Shown: positions 15,046 to 26,731, counted from the first letter of the whole stretch. The stretch is DNA of 63,851 nt, filler included, from Octopus bimaculoides (GCF_001194135.2; 4 parts of 4 records of this genome joined end to end with filler, not necessarily neighbours in it), one strand, 5' to 3'. A program made the numbers and translations. Notes: generated from the letters alone by a model not told the origin.

Positions 15046-15775
15046 CTTTCTCAGATGCATTTCACATTTCAACCAATAAAAATACAAATACCAACTTTTT
15101 ACTAAAAAAATTCTTTTTAATTATTCAACGATTCATAATTGGCACAAATCATCCAATTATGCAAGTTAAAAGAGTTTTTTTTGTTTTTTGTGTTTCTTTA
15201 ACAATAAAATTATTAATTATTTGGTCAGCCTGACATGTTGGCACACTTTTGCTCATTATTTTGCATTGCGACACTGTTTATGTGAGTGTGACTTGCTCCT
15301 ACTCCTCAGAAAAAGCACTTTGAGGATACACTCAGAGCCTCATGGAAGAGCTTTGAGATTTACCCTGATGCCTGGCAAGCAAAGCTGTCCCAGCAGAGGT
15401 CCTGTCTCCTTTGAAAAGGACAGGATTGCTCAAGTCCAGAGCCAACTCCTTGCCTTCTGCCGCAACAGACCACCAGTGCCTGACCAGCAGCAGAACCTTC
15501 CAAGCATGCATTGAATTGATTGACCACGGTTAAACACACTATGCCCCACCTTTTTGTTCCACATAATGTCCTTGCTCATAATACACACATATATATTTAT
15601 GTATCTATATGTGTGTGTCTTTGTGTCTGTTGTGTTTGTGACTGCGGCCATACTGGGGCATGCCACCTTGAAGAATGTTTAGTTGAATGGATTGACCCCA
15701 GTAGTTATATATTTTTTAAGCCTAGCACTTACTTTATTGATTTCTTTTTCCAGACTGCTAAGTTACAGAGACATA

Positions 15776-16247
15776 AACTTCTGAACCTTTCCCATCAAGT
15801 GAAGATGCTTCTCTATAGCAGTGTGGGAGCATTCTATTTTCTCTGCCAGTTCTCTTGTTGTTTGACGAGAATTTTCGTGCAAAAGTTGGTTTAATTGCTC
15901 TTCATCGAACTCAACTGGACGGCCAGAACTAGGTGCGTCTTTGAGATCAAAATTTCCATTTTTGAACTTGGCATACCAATCACGAACGGTTCTTTCAGCT
16001 ATGGCACCCTCTCCCTACACAGCACAAATGTCGCGAGCAGATTTTGCAGCCTTAGAGCTTTAATTAAAAGCAAAAAGAAGGAGGTGTCGAAAATGCTCGT
16101 TTTTCTTAACTTGACATTCCATTTTAATGATCTGAAAATAAACCAAATTTAACTAAAATTAGCTAGAAAACAAACAAAATAAATTCTAAAATGATTCAAA
16201 AATAAATTCCAAAATTTAAAAAAACAGCGGGAACTTAGTTGCCAACC
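15776..16247 (-). mobile_element. Mariner transposon 5' fragment (TIR plus transposase N-terminus, inactivated)
   Basis: Minus strand from ATG at 16122 reads MECQVKKNEHFRHLLLFAFN*SSKAAKSARDICAV*GEGAIAERTVRDWYAKFKNGNFDLKDAPSSGRPVEFDEEQLNQLLHENSRQTTRELAEK, the mariner HTH and GRP motif. TIR-like GGTTGGCAACTAAGTTCCCGC runs into the gap. Confidence 0.9.
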
Positions 16248-16336
16248 NNNNNNNNNNNNNNNNNNNNNNNNNNNNNNNNNNNNNNNNNNNNNNNNNNNNN
16301 NNNNNNNNNNNNNNNNNNNNNNNNNNNNNNNNNNNN

Positions 16337-16561
16337 GCCAAAAGTCACCTGACAGTAAATCAAAATTCCAGAAATATTATCTGTAATTCTGTATTGACTT
16401 GAATGGAAAAATGTGTCGCTCAAGAAGGACATCAGTTTGAACAGTTTTCATGATTTTTCACATTTATATGCTTTTATTAAATTCATTCAATTGTTAAACA
16501 TAAATAAATCTTGCAATTAAATGGTTTTGATTTACTGTCAGGTGACTTCTAGCCAACCCTG
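16337..16561 (+). mobile_element. Tc1/mariner-derived MITE
   Basis: Inverted ends GCCAAAAGTCACCTGACAGTAAATCAAAA (16337-16365, continuing into the gap) and TTTTGATTTACTGTCAGGTGACTTCTAGCCAACCCTG followed by TA. Internal remnant reads MEKCVAQEGHQFEQFS*, like a transposase C-terminus. Confidence 0.8.
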
Positions 16562-16916
16562 TATATATATGAGGGACTTCTTTTTAGGTTCTGTGTATGA
16601 AATCCACCCACAAGGCTTTAGTAGAAAGGGTTTGCCCAAGGTGCCACACGGTGGGACTGAACCTGGAACCATTAAGTTGGGAAGCAAAATTCTCACTAGG
16701 CAGCTGCACCAGTTTATGAAATTAATTAGGGTGGAGGTGTATCCATGATTCATTATATCTAAATATATAAGTTTTGGGACAAACATGGGTGTATTTCAGA
16801 ATGTATTTACTTTAATTGGTGCCATAGTTGCACATGTGGAACATCTGCCGTAGTACAAGTACCACAAGCACCTGCATCTATGGTGAAATGGCAAAAATAC
16901 AGCTTGCAGACATGTG

Positions 16917-16962
<46 letters not shown>

Positions 16963-17114
16963 CACATGCATTTGAGAGATAGTGTGTCTGTGTGTATGTC
17001 AATGTATGTATGAATGCCTATGTGGATATATGTGTGTGTGCAAGTGATATATGCACATGTATATGTATGCTAATGTATATGTGAATGAATACAAGTGTTA
17101 ACATATATAAGATG

Positions 17115-17145
<31 letters not shown>

Positions 17146-17159
17146 TGTCATCATCATTT

Positions 17160-17345
17160 AAAGTCCATTTTCCATGCTGGCATGGGCTGGATGATTTGAC
17201 AAGGGCCGGCAGGGCTGGAGGGCTCTGCCAAGCTCTATTGTTTGTTTTGGAATGGTTTCTATGGCTGGATGCCCTTCCTAAAGCCAACCACTTTGCAGAG
17301 TGTACTGGGTGCATTTTTCCTGGCACCAGCACCAACAGGGTCACT
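17160..17345. mobile_element. Interspersed SINE-like repeat (GGATGCCCTTCCTAA.GCCAACC family)
   Basis: The same motif set recurs near 2625-2770, 7040-7075 (opposite strand) and 14155-14390, usually abutting (CAT)n tracts. Confidence 0.7.
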
Positions 17346-18649
17346 GAGTAACTTACAAGACAAGTCCCCTCAATTCCTTGTGAGTAGACAGCAACTAAAA
17401 AAATAAACATGTCACATACACACACACACACATGCATGTGTCAGTGTCAGTGTGTCTGTGTGTCCACTCATATAGCTGTGCGTGTGTGAGGTTTGAATAA
17501 AATATACGGTTGAATCATTAATAGGTTTTTCATTGCAGCAATGAGGTCATTGCTTTGATCCAATTGTTTGGCATCTTATCTTCCACCATAGCTTCAGGCT
17601 AACACAAAGCTTTTGAGGTTGGAACTAGATAAACAAAACCTGGGGAAGTAGATGGCATATCAAAGAAACTTTTGTCCAAAGCAAACATACCTTCTACTGG
17701 TGTTCAATATTCTGTGATGGCATATTCCAAACTTTTTATTGATCTTATTTGTTTATGTCTAGCTGTCGTGATCTTGAAGTAGAATTTGTTTCCTTCACAA
17801 TATTTGGGTAATATCATTATTCATAAGTACTGGTTTGATTATATACCGTATTTCTCTGCAATGCATAATTTGCAATATATGGCTCCGTTTATTGAGAGCA
17901 TTCTATGTTCGATGTTGCAATGGTCATTAATTCATTTTTTTATGTATTATATTTATCATTATAAGTCTTTCAATACCATCAGTGATAAAACAAGCAAAAA
18001 CATATTTTCTCCAAAAATTCCATGCAAAGATCTCAGATATTTCAAACTGTCCATTGTTATTGCAAAATAGATGGGAAAATAAATAAAGAAAGAACTAAAT
18101 GAATAATAAAAGCCGAAGATTCTTTTACTTTAGCAGAGAAACTAGAGTTGTTCATGGCAATTACATCATTAAGCAACATGTTAATATGAGAAAAGTTTGA
18201 AATAAAGAATCACTTCATGTGCACAAGAGCCTGAATGGCACCACACAAACAAAAATAAACAAATACAATAAAATACAAAGTAAAAATGTGATAAGAAGAA
18301 GACGCAAACAAAAATTCCTCTGCTTCTGTCTGCAACAGAAACTTTCTTTCACTAAGAGAACTTATGACCCGCAACGTCAAGCACTTTATAAATAAACCCT
18401 CTGAATGCAACAGATGCTCACATGCACATGCACGTATGCATGCACACACACACACACACACATGCACGCACACACACTGACAAACACATGCAGTCAGACA
18501 AATTTCCGACCTTCCAAAATGACTGAATCCAGTGTGAGAAAGAAATGAGTATAAAAATCATGGAAGTGAAGGATTGATTTATATCATCTAACACTATGGA
18601 AACTGTATTTTGCTTCAGAGATTAACATCTTAGCTTCAAAACATAAAAT

Positions 18650-18693
<44 letters not shown>

Positions 18694-19263
18694 GCACCAC
18701 AGCAAACCACAGCACATACCCAAGGCGCACAGAGCTGTGCTCGGTAGTGAAGTGAAAGCACGTTATAAAAATAAAACTACTGAACAATAATAATAATAAT
18801 AATAATAATGGACTACAGCAAATATTCTGTTCAGTACCATAGATTTGCATGTCAGTTGTTTGACCTTAACCAGCTGAGCATGTCCCTTAGTGGCTGACGA
18901 TATGTGCATCTCTGATCATGAGCAGTAGTTGGGGAGCATCATAGCCATGTGTTGAGAGGAATTCTTTGGGGTTTGGATAATATAACTCTGAAAACGTGTT
19001 TCATTCAACATCCTTAAACAGTGCATGTATGTGTGTGTATGTGTTTTGCTCCATTTATTATTATTATTATTCATATCTACTCAAAATACATCACTTTAAA
19101 ATGGAATTTCTACCCATTAACTGGGTATGATATCCCAGTTTTTGTGTGGTTTTTGCTACCCTGGTAACTATTAACATATTTACATTATCGAAGTTTTTTC
19201 AACCAACCAAGATAATATTAATATATACATAAATTAGAATTTATTTCTGTATCTTATAAATTA

Positions 19264-19313
<50 letters not shown>

Positions 19314-19687
19314 AGAGACAGAGAGGGGGGGAGAATTTAACTGTTATTTCTCTGAAAGCCACCACCACCCTGCCACCCTGCCGCCCCACCCTCTGACAGG
19401 TTTATAAATCACTAACGTTTATTATTGCTGTTACTTCAACAACTTCCAGCAGAGATATAAATAACGACTTCACAATTAAATGAGCAATTAAAACATGAGA
19501 GAGATGCGTAACTCTATATCAGCCGTTTTTAAGTGGAGAAGTTTCAATGATGGAACTGACAGATGTGACGCCAAAGGTCAAAAGATTACCAAAAGTTATA
19601 GAATGAGAGAACCTGTTATGTATGTGGTGGGGTTGAGGAGTTAGTGTTAATGTGGTAGTTTATGCCGATTAACTGTGCCGTGTTTGT

Positions 19688-19738
<51 letters not shown>

Positions 19739-20594
19739 NNNNNNNNNNNNNNNNNNNNNNNNNNNNNNNNNNNNNNNNNNNNNNNNNNNNNNNNNNNNNN
19801 NNNNNNNNNNNNNNNNNNNNNNNNNNNNNNNNNNNNNNNNNNNNNNNNNNNNNNNNNNNNNNNNNNNNNNNNNNNNNNNNNNNNNNNNNNNNNNNNNNNN
19901 NNNNNNNNNNNNNNNNNNNNNNNNNNNNNNNNNNNNNNNNNNNNNNNNNNNNNNNNNNNNNNNNNNNNNNNNNNNNNNNNNNNNNNNNNNNNNNNNNNNN
20001 NNNNNNNNNNNNNNNNNNNNNNNNNNNNNNNNNNNNNNNNNNNNNNNNNNNNNNNNNNNNNNNNNNNNNNNNNNNNNNNNNNNNNNNNNNNNNNNNNNNN
20101 NNNNNNNNNNNNNNNNNNNNNNNNNNNNNNNNNNNNNNNNNNNNNNNNNNNNNNNNNNNNNNNNNNNNNNNNNNNNNNNNNNNNNNNNNNNNNNNNNNNN
20201 NNNNNNNNNNNNNNNNNNNNNNNNNNNNNNNNNNNNNNNNNNNNNNNNNNNNNNNNNNNNNNNNNNNNNNNNNNNNNNNNNNNNNNNNNNNNNNNNNNNN
20301 NNNNNNNNNNNNNNNNNNNNNNNNNNNNNNNNNNNNNNNNNNNNNNNNNNNNNNNNNNNNNNNNNNNNNNNNNNNNNNNNNNNNNNNNNNNNNNNNNNNN
20401 NNNNNNNNNNNNNNNNNNNNNNNNNNNNNNNNNNNNNNNNNNNNNNNNNNNNNNNNNNNNNNNNNNNNNNNNNNNNNNNNNNNNNNNNNNNNNNNNNNNN
20501 NNNNNNNNNNNNNNNNNNNNNNNNNNNNNNNNNNNNNNNNNNNNNNNNNNNNNNNNNNNNNNNNNNNNNNNNNNNNNNNNNNNNNNNNNNNNNN

Positions 20595-20630
<36 letters not shown>

Positions 20631-22395
20631 ATGATGACCACTAAAGTGGACATTTAATGTGCTAGAAATAGACCACATGTTGTGTCTATTAAGACCTAAT
20701 AGTTCTCAAAAGAAATTCAGCGAAATACGAAACTGTAAGCGAGCAAGACAGTGAAAATTACTTACGTAAAATTAAAACATTGTTATTCGCGGATCGGTTT
20801 CGGAATTAAAATTCTCTTACCGAGAAAATCTGTCCCTCTTCAGCGCGAACTGCAAGGAAGTTATAATTATAATATCACAAACTGCAGCCATACTGGGGCA
20901 CCACCTTGAAGAATCTTTCGTCAACTGAATTGACTTCATTACTTTTTGGTTTTAAAGTCTGGTACTTACTCTCTCAGCGTGAAGGGTAGATATGCAGACA
21001 CAAAGAAGCACATACACATGCACACATATATATATATATATATATACGTGATGGGCTTCCTTCAGTTTCCATCTAACAAATCCAGGCACAGGGCTTTGGT
21101 CCACCGAAAACCATAGTCAAAGACACTTGTCCTGGGTACCGTGCAATGCGAGTGAACATGGAACCATATGGTTGGCAAGAAAGCTTCTTACCACACAGCC
21201 AAGCCAAAAATTTATTTTTGAGAAATATTATTAATAATAATATATTTTCCCTAATAATTTAAACAGGAATGTAAATTAATAATAAAATATTAAATTAATT
21301 TTTAATTGCAGTCATATTATTTTGACTGAGATTCTATAACAAATAAAAATCTCACATCTTTAATGAATGTTTTTTTTTTCAATAATCATACAGAAAATAT
21401 GCAAATTAATTAATTAGTTTTTATAAAAGCATAAAACATTTTATTTCATTTCAGCTCGTGTGCAGCAATATTTTATTAACCAAAGCAGAGAACAAACAAA
21501 CAGTTATAAACCTACTTAATGAACAGGAGTCATGACNNNNNNNNNNNNNNNNNNNNNNNNNNNNNNNNNNNNNNNNNNNNNNNNNNNNNNNNNNNNNNNN
21601 NNNNNNNNNNNNNNNNNNNNNNNNNNNNNNNNNNNNNNNNNNNNNNNNNNNNNNNACCACCACCATTACTCTGCCAGACATTTCTGTTTTGCCGCCTTCT
21701 TCCATCAGCACCTGCACCATTACCCTACCTCCACTCCACCTCTCCTCTCTGATTCTAGTTCTTCAAGACTGGTCACATCTCAGAAATGTCAGCAAAATTT
21801 CTAACAAGATTTCTTTCAGGTCAACTCAAACAGTTTACAATAAAGTATTTATTTACACAAAAAGCTGATAAAATGTGAAAGTGGGTTCCAATTACCAATT
21901 TTCACATGTGTTCTGGGGAGAAGGAGAGGAACATCTTTAATCTGCATTTTGCTTCTTTTTTTGGTTTTTAGTTTATATTTTAGAATTTTTATTCTTATTT
22001 TTGCTTTGTCATTTGTTTGTTTGTTTTTTCTAGTTCTTTTCTCTTCTCACTTTGTTTATTCTTCCTATTTATGCTGCTTAGGTGATTTTTTTATTATCAT
22101 TATTATTATTGTCATTATTCATATTTTTTTCATTCATTCATTTTTTTTTTTTTCTTTTAAATTCCTTGAGAAAAGTGCTTGCTATATTTCTACGACAAGC
22201 ATGACAACCAAATTTATTCTATCACACTCGTCCTCGCCCCACTGAGGAAGACAAAGATAAGACTTAAAGTCAGTCACTCTGATGCTATAATAATTCAGTC
22301 GGTCCACTATTTACTTGTATCTGCTTCACTCCCAGACAGAAGCAGATCTTTCAACTGAAGCTGAAAGGCCACAAACACGGATTCTGCTTGAACAA

Positions 22396-22429
22396 CTTAC
22401 CCTGGTTATAGTTATATCTTTTTTTGCAG
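22396..22429 (+). promoter_or_regulatory. Probable 3' splice acceptor of a 5'-UTR intron of the double-CRD gene
   Basis: Branch-point-like CTTAC at 22396-22400, pyrimidine tract and TTTTTTTGCAG ending at 22429, 69 nt upstream of the ATG. Confidence 0.6.
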
Positions 22430-22498
22430 ACTACCAAAGAAATTTATTTCTATATTCTGAAAAATACTTCACCACTTTGGATACTATAAGCCATTACA

Positions 22499-23488
22499 AT
22501 GCTGGCTAAAAATTATTTAATCTACCTTCTTTTGGCAACCCTCTTAATTATGGCTGTTATCCAGCCAGGAAATGCTAAGAAAAAGAGGAAAAAGTCAAGG
22601 AAAAGAAAACGACCCAAACAAGTGGAATCTTACAACACGACAACCTGTACTAAGATAATGCTGCCAATGTGCCGGAATTTAATTCCTTATTCAGATACTC
22701 AATTAACAATGAAAAAAGAAGGAGTTTTAATGACCCAAGGCCAATTGTCAGCTCTGATTGAACCACTCTGGGCATTTATGGATACTGAATGCTCTTCACA
22801 TTTCCGGCTGCTGGCATGTGGTTATTATCTGCCAAAATGCCACCCTACAACAGGTAATCCAATGCTGCCTTGTAGGTCTCTGTGCAGAGATGCTAAAAAG
22901 GAATGTTCTAGAACTTTTAATAGACACAGTATAAAGTGGCCTAACGAGCTGAAATGCACCAATTTCCCAACCAAAAACTGTGTGAGTTCATCAGACAACA
23001 CTCATGTTAAATCTGTTGTAGACACTGGATCAAGATGTATCCTCAACGTTATTCCAATGTGTGCCAACCTTACTTCAAACATCACTCCAGTTAAGAAATA
23101 TATGTTTGGAGTCCTACCTAACATGTTTCTACAAAATTCTCCAGGACAGATTTTCAAAGAAATGAATAATTTCAAAGAACTTGTTGAATCAAATTGCTCA
23201 CCAAATATTGCTTTCTTTGTCTGTGGCGTTTACTTACCATTCTGCACTGGCAACGAAGGTACTGATGGATTCCGCGTGCCATGCAAAGAAGTGTGTGACG
23301 AAGTTTTCGCAGCATGTGAAACTAAGTTGCTTGAAATCACCGGAGTTAACTGGCCTAGTAAATTCCAGTGCCATCGCTATCCTTCAAGGGAATCTACTAG
23401 AAACCGTTTGAAATGTCTGGAAGCTGATCAATTGGATATTGTACGAAAAGCTGCACTCCCTTCTCTAAACAAGACTGAAACTAACTAG
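22499..23488 (+). CDS. Secreted protein with two tandem Frizzled cysteine-rich domains (sFRP-like but lacking NTR), 329 aa, intronless CDS
   Basis: Uninterrupted ORF. ATG is in good context (ACAATG) with an in-frame TAA 9 nt upstream (22487-22489). Residues 1-26 look like a signal peptide (LIYLLLATLLIMAVIQPGNA), followed by KKKRKKSRKRKRPK. CRD1 (C50-C161) and CRD2 (C180-C306) each have 10 Cys with Fz spacing and Fz motifs (C..LPMC, CS..F..L.C..Y.PKC, PCRSLC, WP..L.C..FP; LPNMF, CSPNIAFFVCGVYLPFC, PCKEVC, WPSKFQC..YP). No TM segment follows CRD2. N-glycosylation sequons at N46, N190, N194, N232 and N324. Confidence 0.93.
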   Translation: MLAKNYLIYLLLATLLIMAVIQPGNAKKKRKKSRKRKRPKQVESYNTTTCTKIMLPMCRNLIPYSDTQLTMKKEGVLMTQGQLSALIEPLWAFMDTECSSHFRLLACGYYLPKCHPTTGNPMLPCRSLCRDAKKECSRTFNRHSIKWPNELKCTNFPTKNCVSSSDNTHVKSVVDTGSRCILNVIPMCANLTSNITPVKKYMFGVLPNMFLQNSPGQIFKEMNNFKELVESNCSPNIAFFVCGVYLPFCTGNEGTDGFRVPCKEVCDEVFAACETKLLEITGVNWPSKFQCHRYPSRESTRNRLKCLEADQLDIVRKAALPSLNKTETN

Positions 23489-23809
23489 CATTACCAACCA
23501 AATATTTTCTAGAAAGGAAACGCTAAGCTATCTTTTATTCAATCTTTATTTCATGCTACTAGAATCTGCAAACATGCAAACGTCCATATATATACATATA
23601 CATATACATACATATATACATACATACGTGCACACAGGCAACCACATACATACACGATTTTTGTTAAATGCAACTAACATACTAAATACACTTTATTTAA
23701 TTAATTGCTTTTTTTTCCCCAATACATGAATTTCTTCACATATCGTATTTTCCTTCAATCTTTGGTTAATAGTAGTAATAATAACAATAGTAATAATAAC
23801 AACAATAAC

Positions 23810-23877
<68 letters not shown>

Positions 23878-24021
23878 CAATAATGATGATAATGATAATT
23901 TAAAGGAAGAAATGTTTGATAAACTTCTGCAACAACAAAGTAAATGATAATATTTATATATATTTTAAACCCATCATCATTATTAAAAAAATTAACAGTT
24001 ATTCATAAAAGAAAGCAGGAA

Positions 24022-24027
24022 AATAAA
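24022..24027 (+). promoter_or_regulatory. Candidate polyadenylation signal for the double-CRD gene
   Basis: First AATAAA I found downstream of the stop codon, about 530 nt after it. The true 3' end could lie further downstream. Confidence 0.3.
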
Positions 24028-24160
24028 GAAATTTCCACTAGAAAGAAAAATTTTATTCCAGAGGAACAATTGTATATTGTATAGCTTACAACTGTATGCA
24101 ATTATATTCTCTATTATATATATATATATATATACATACTTTAATGCATATATATATGTG

Positions 24161-24243
<83 letters not shown>

Positions 24244-24263
24244 CTATATATAGTCACACTTTA

Positions 24264-24665
24264 CCAACATGAACATTTATGTAAAACAAAATCTAAGCAA
24301 TAGTATTTCTACATGAGCAGTAATTCATGTTTAGACTTACCTATACATTGCTACATGAAGAAACAAACCTTGTTAAATATCACTACATGAACATCAACAC
24401 AAGCTGTTAGACAATGAGATATTGCTACATAAACGACCATATATCTTTAGGTGCTGTTACATGAAATCCCATGTACTCTTAGCTTGCGCTACATGAAAAG
24501 AAAACCAAAAAAAAATCCTTACATATTTTAGATATTGCTACACAAAAAAAGACCCATTGCTACACGAGCAACTGTATATTTTAGGCACTGCTACATGAAC
24601 AGATACATTTCACTAGACCTTGCTACATTAACAGCAATATACTGTTGAACATTGCTAATATAAAC
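24264..24665. repeat. Decayed ~32-bp minisatellite with core (A/C)TTGCTACATGAA, about 12 copies
   Basis: Cores at about 24264, 24309, 24351, 24383, 24425, 24457, 24489, 24538, 24560, 24591, 24623 and 24656. Most spacings are 31-33 or 42 nt. Confidence 0.75.
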
Positions 24666-25201
24666 AGTCATACACAATATATATATACATATTAATTTGT
24701 ATATTATATACTAGTTACTTTAATATATTCACATTAATTATGATAATGTGATGACGTGCCATATGTTCTCTTACACTATACTGGTATTTTTTCTATATTT
24801 TTTGATACTTTTTTTATTATTATTATTATTTTTGCCATCTCATCTTTTAATTAGTATCAGTTTCTTGCACTGCTATAAATCACTGGAAGGACACAATACC
24901 TACTTGTTAACTATTATATAACATAAGTTTATAGTTAGTTAATATGTAAATGAAAGTTTGAAAAGAAATTGATGTGAATTCAAAGTGTTTTGCATTTTTT
25001 TTATTCTTTTGAAAAATTTCCATATTTTTGTGTTTTTGTTACCTTTAGGGATCAAGCTAAGTGTGTGTGTGTGTGTGTGTGCACACATATATACGTTTGT
25101 ATTTATTTAATTTGTATATATATATATATATCTGTGCATGTGTGTGTTTATGTGTAAATGCTTACGTATAGGAGTATAGATAGATAGACAGACAGACAGA
25201 C

Positions 25202-25232
<31 letters not shown>

Positions 25233-26313
25233 CAGACAGACAGATAATCCAATGAAAGGAAAAAGAAGACAAAGAAAATTTTTTAACACATCTTTAATTA
25301 TAAGTTATAATTAAAGATGAGCTGAGGGACCCTGTATGTGGTCATGTAACTTATAAGAAATAGCAGCCAGAACTTCTTCAAATTTTACCCAAGCATTTTT
25401 AAATGAAGATAAAGTAGTATTAGGTGTTCCTGAAAAAAAAAAAGGTAGGATGGTCATGATTGGAACGCTTTGGGTGGTAGGCTTGTCTGTTGATATCAGA
25501 ACAGACCCAAGAGATAAACAACAATAACTAAATGTATCTTTAGCATAAATTTTCTATAGTTTTGCAATGAGTTGGATTTTCCACACGTCTAAGACAATCC
25601 TTAGATAATAGTAAAAAGGTGGGATGGTCATGGCTGGAAGACTTTCGATTATACATCTGTCTATTCAGAAAAACAACAAGGGCAATTATATTCGTCTTTA
25701 GCTTTTATTTCAACAATCTTTAACCGGGGGGAATTTCCCATCTCGTTTGAAATTACCAAAATATGACAAAATTTGGGAATTCCAGGCAGGATATTATTTT
25801 TTAGTTTGAAAAGCTCTCACAAAGACAATCCCCCGCCCCACTGATTTTGCTAAATTTCTCTCTTTTTCTTTATTGCATTTTCTTTGCAACAGTCATTAAA
25901 CTGTGGCCATGCTGGGGCACCATCTTAGTAAAATGACTCAATCCCAGTACATTTTTTTTTTTTAAACCTGGTACATATTCTATCAGATTCTGCAGCTGAA
26001 GTGCTAAATTACAGGGACATAAACACACCAACACCAGATGTCAAGTGGTAGCGAGACACACACACACACACACATACATATTTATATTAAAGGGCTTCTT
26101 TCAATTTCCGTCTACCAAATCCACTCACAAAGCTTTGGTCAGCCCAAGGCTATAATAGAAGACACATGCCCATATATGCATACACATATATATATGTGTG
26201 TATATATATATGTGTGTATATATATATGTGTGTATATATATATGTGTGTTTATATTTATGTATTTGTATCTCTGTGTTTGTCCCTCCCCGACACCATCGC
26301 TTGACAACTGATG

Positions 26314-26413
26314 NNNNNNNNNNNNNNNNNNNNNNNNNNNNNNNNNNNNNNNNNNNNTTAATTAATTAANNNNNNNNNNNNNNNNNNNNNNNNNNNNNNN
26401 NNNNNNNNNNNNN
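26314..26413. other. Assembly spacer: 44 N + TTAATTAATTAA + 44 N (six-frame stop linker), also at 48790-48889 and 59869-59968
   Basis: Three identical 100-bp cassettes. The palindromic 12-mer carries TAA in all frames on both strands. Confidence 0.95.
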
Positions 26414-26650
26414 GTTCGCCCCGAGATCGTCGTCGTACCTTCCCTCCACTAATCCACTATAGAATGCGTTAGTTGTGATGCAGTCGCTCAAGGTTGACCC
26501 GGGTTGTTGGAGTTGCCGAAGAGCAGCGCGACACTCGCGGTGCCATTCGCCCTTCCTCGGCCTCTTCTTGATCCATGACTGCAGTTCGGTCATGGAGACG
26601 AGCTGCGGGAAAGCGCGCCGCACAAACGGCGACCACACCTGTTCACCGAG
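26414..26650 (-). mobile_element. GC-rich LINE ORF2 fragment (probably L1/Tx1-like, post-RT region), cut by an assembly join
   Basis: Stop-free frame LGEQVWSPFVRRAFPQLVSMTELQSWIKKRPRKGEWHRECRAALRQLQQPGSTLSDCITTNAFYSGLVEGRYDDDLGAN with GC content far above its flanks. The family assignment is from recall and includes no catalytic motif. Confidence 0.55.
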
Positions 26651-26655
26651 ATAAT

Positions 26656-26731
<76 letters not shown>

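Noticed and set aside
22577-22618. Canonical furin cleavage site or nuclear protein interpretation
   Set aside because: No R-X-K/R-R match, and the signal peptide plus 20 Cys in CRD pattern argue for secretion rather than nuclear localisation.
24264-24665. CRISPR-like appearance (constant core, variable spacers)
   Set aside because: Eukaryotic context, a short degenerate core, spacers related to each other and no cas genes. It is a decayed minisatellite.
26358-26369. Recurrent palindrome TTAATTAATTAA (also 48834 and 59913)
   Set aside because: Always centred in 44 N + 12 + 44 N, so it is an artificial scaffolding linker. Adjacency across these joins is uncertain.
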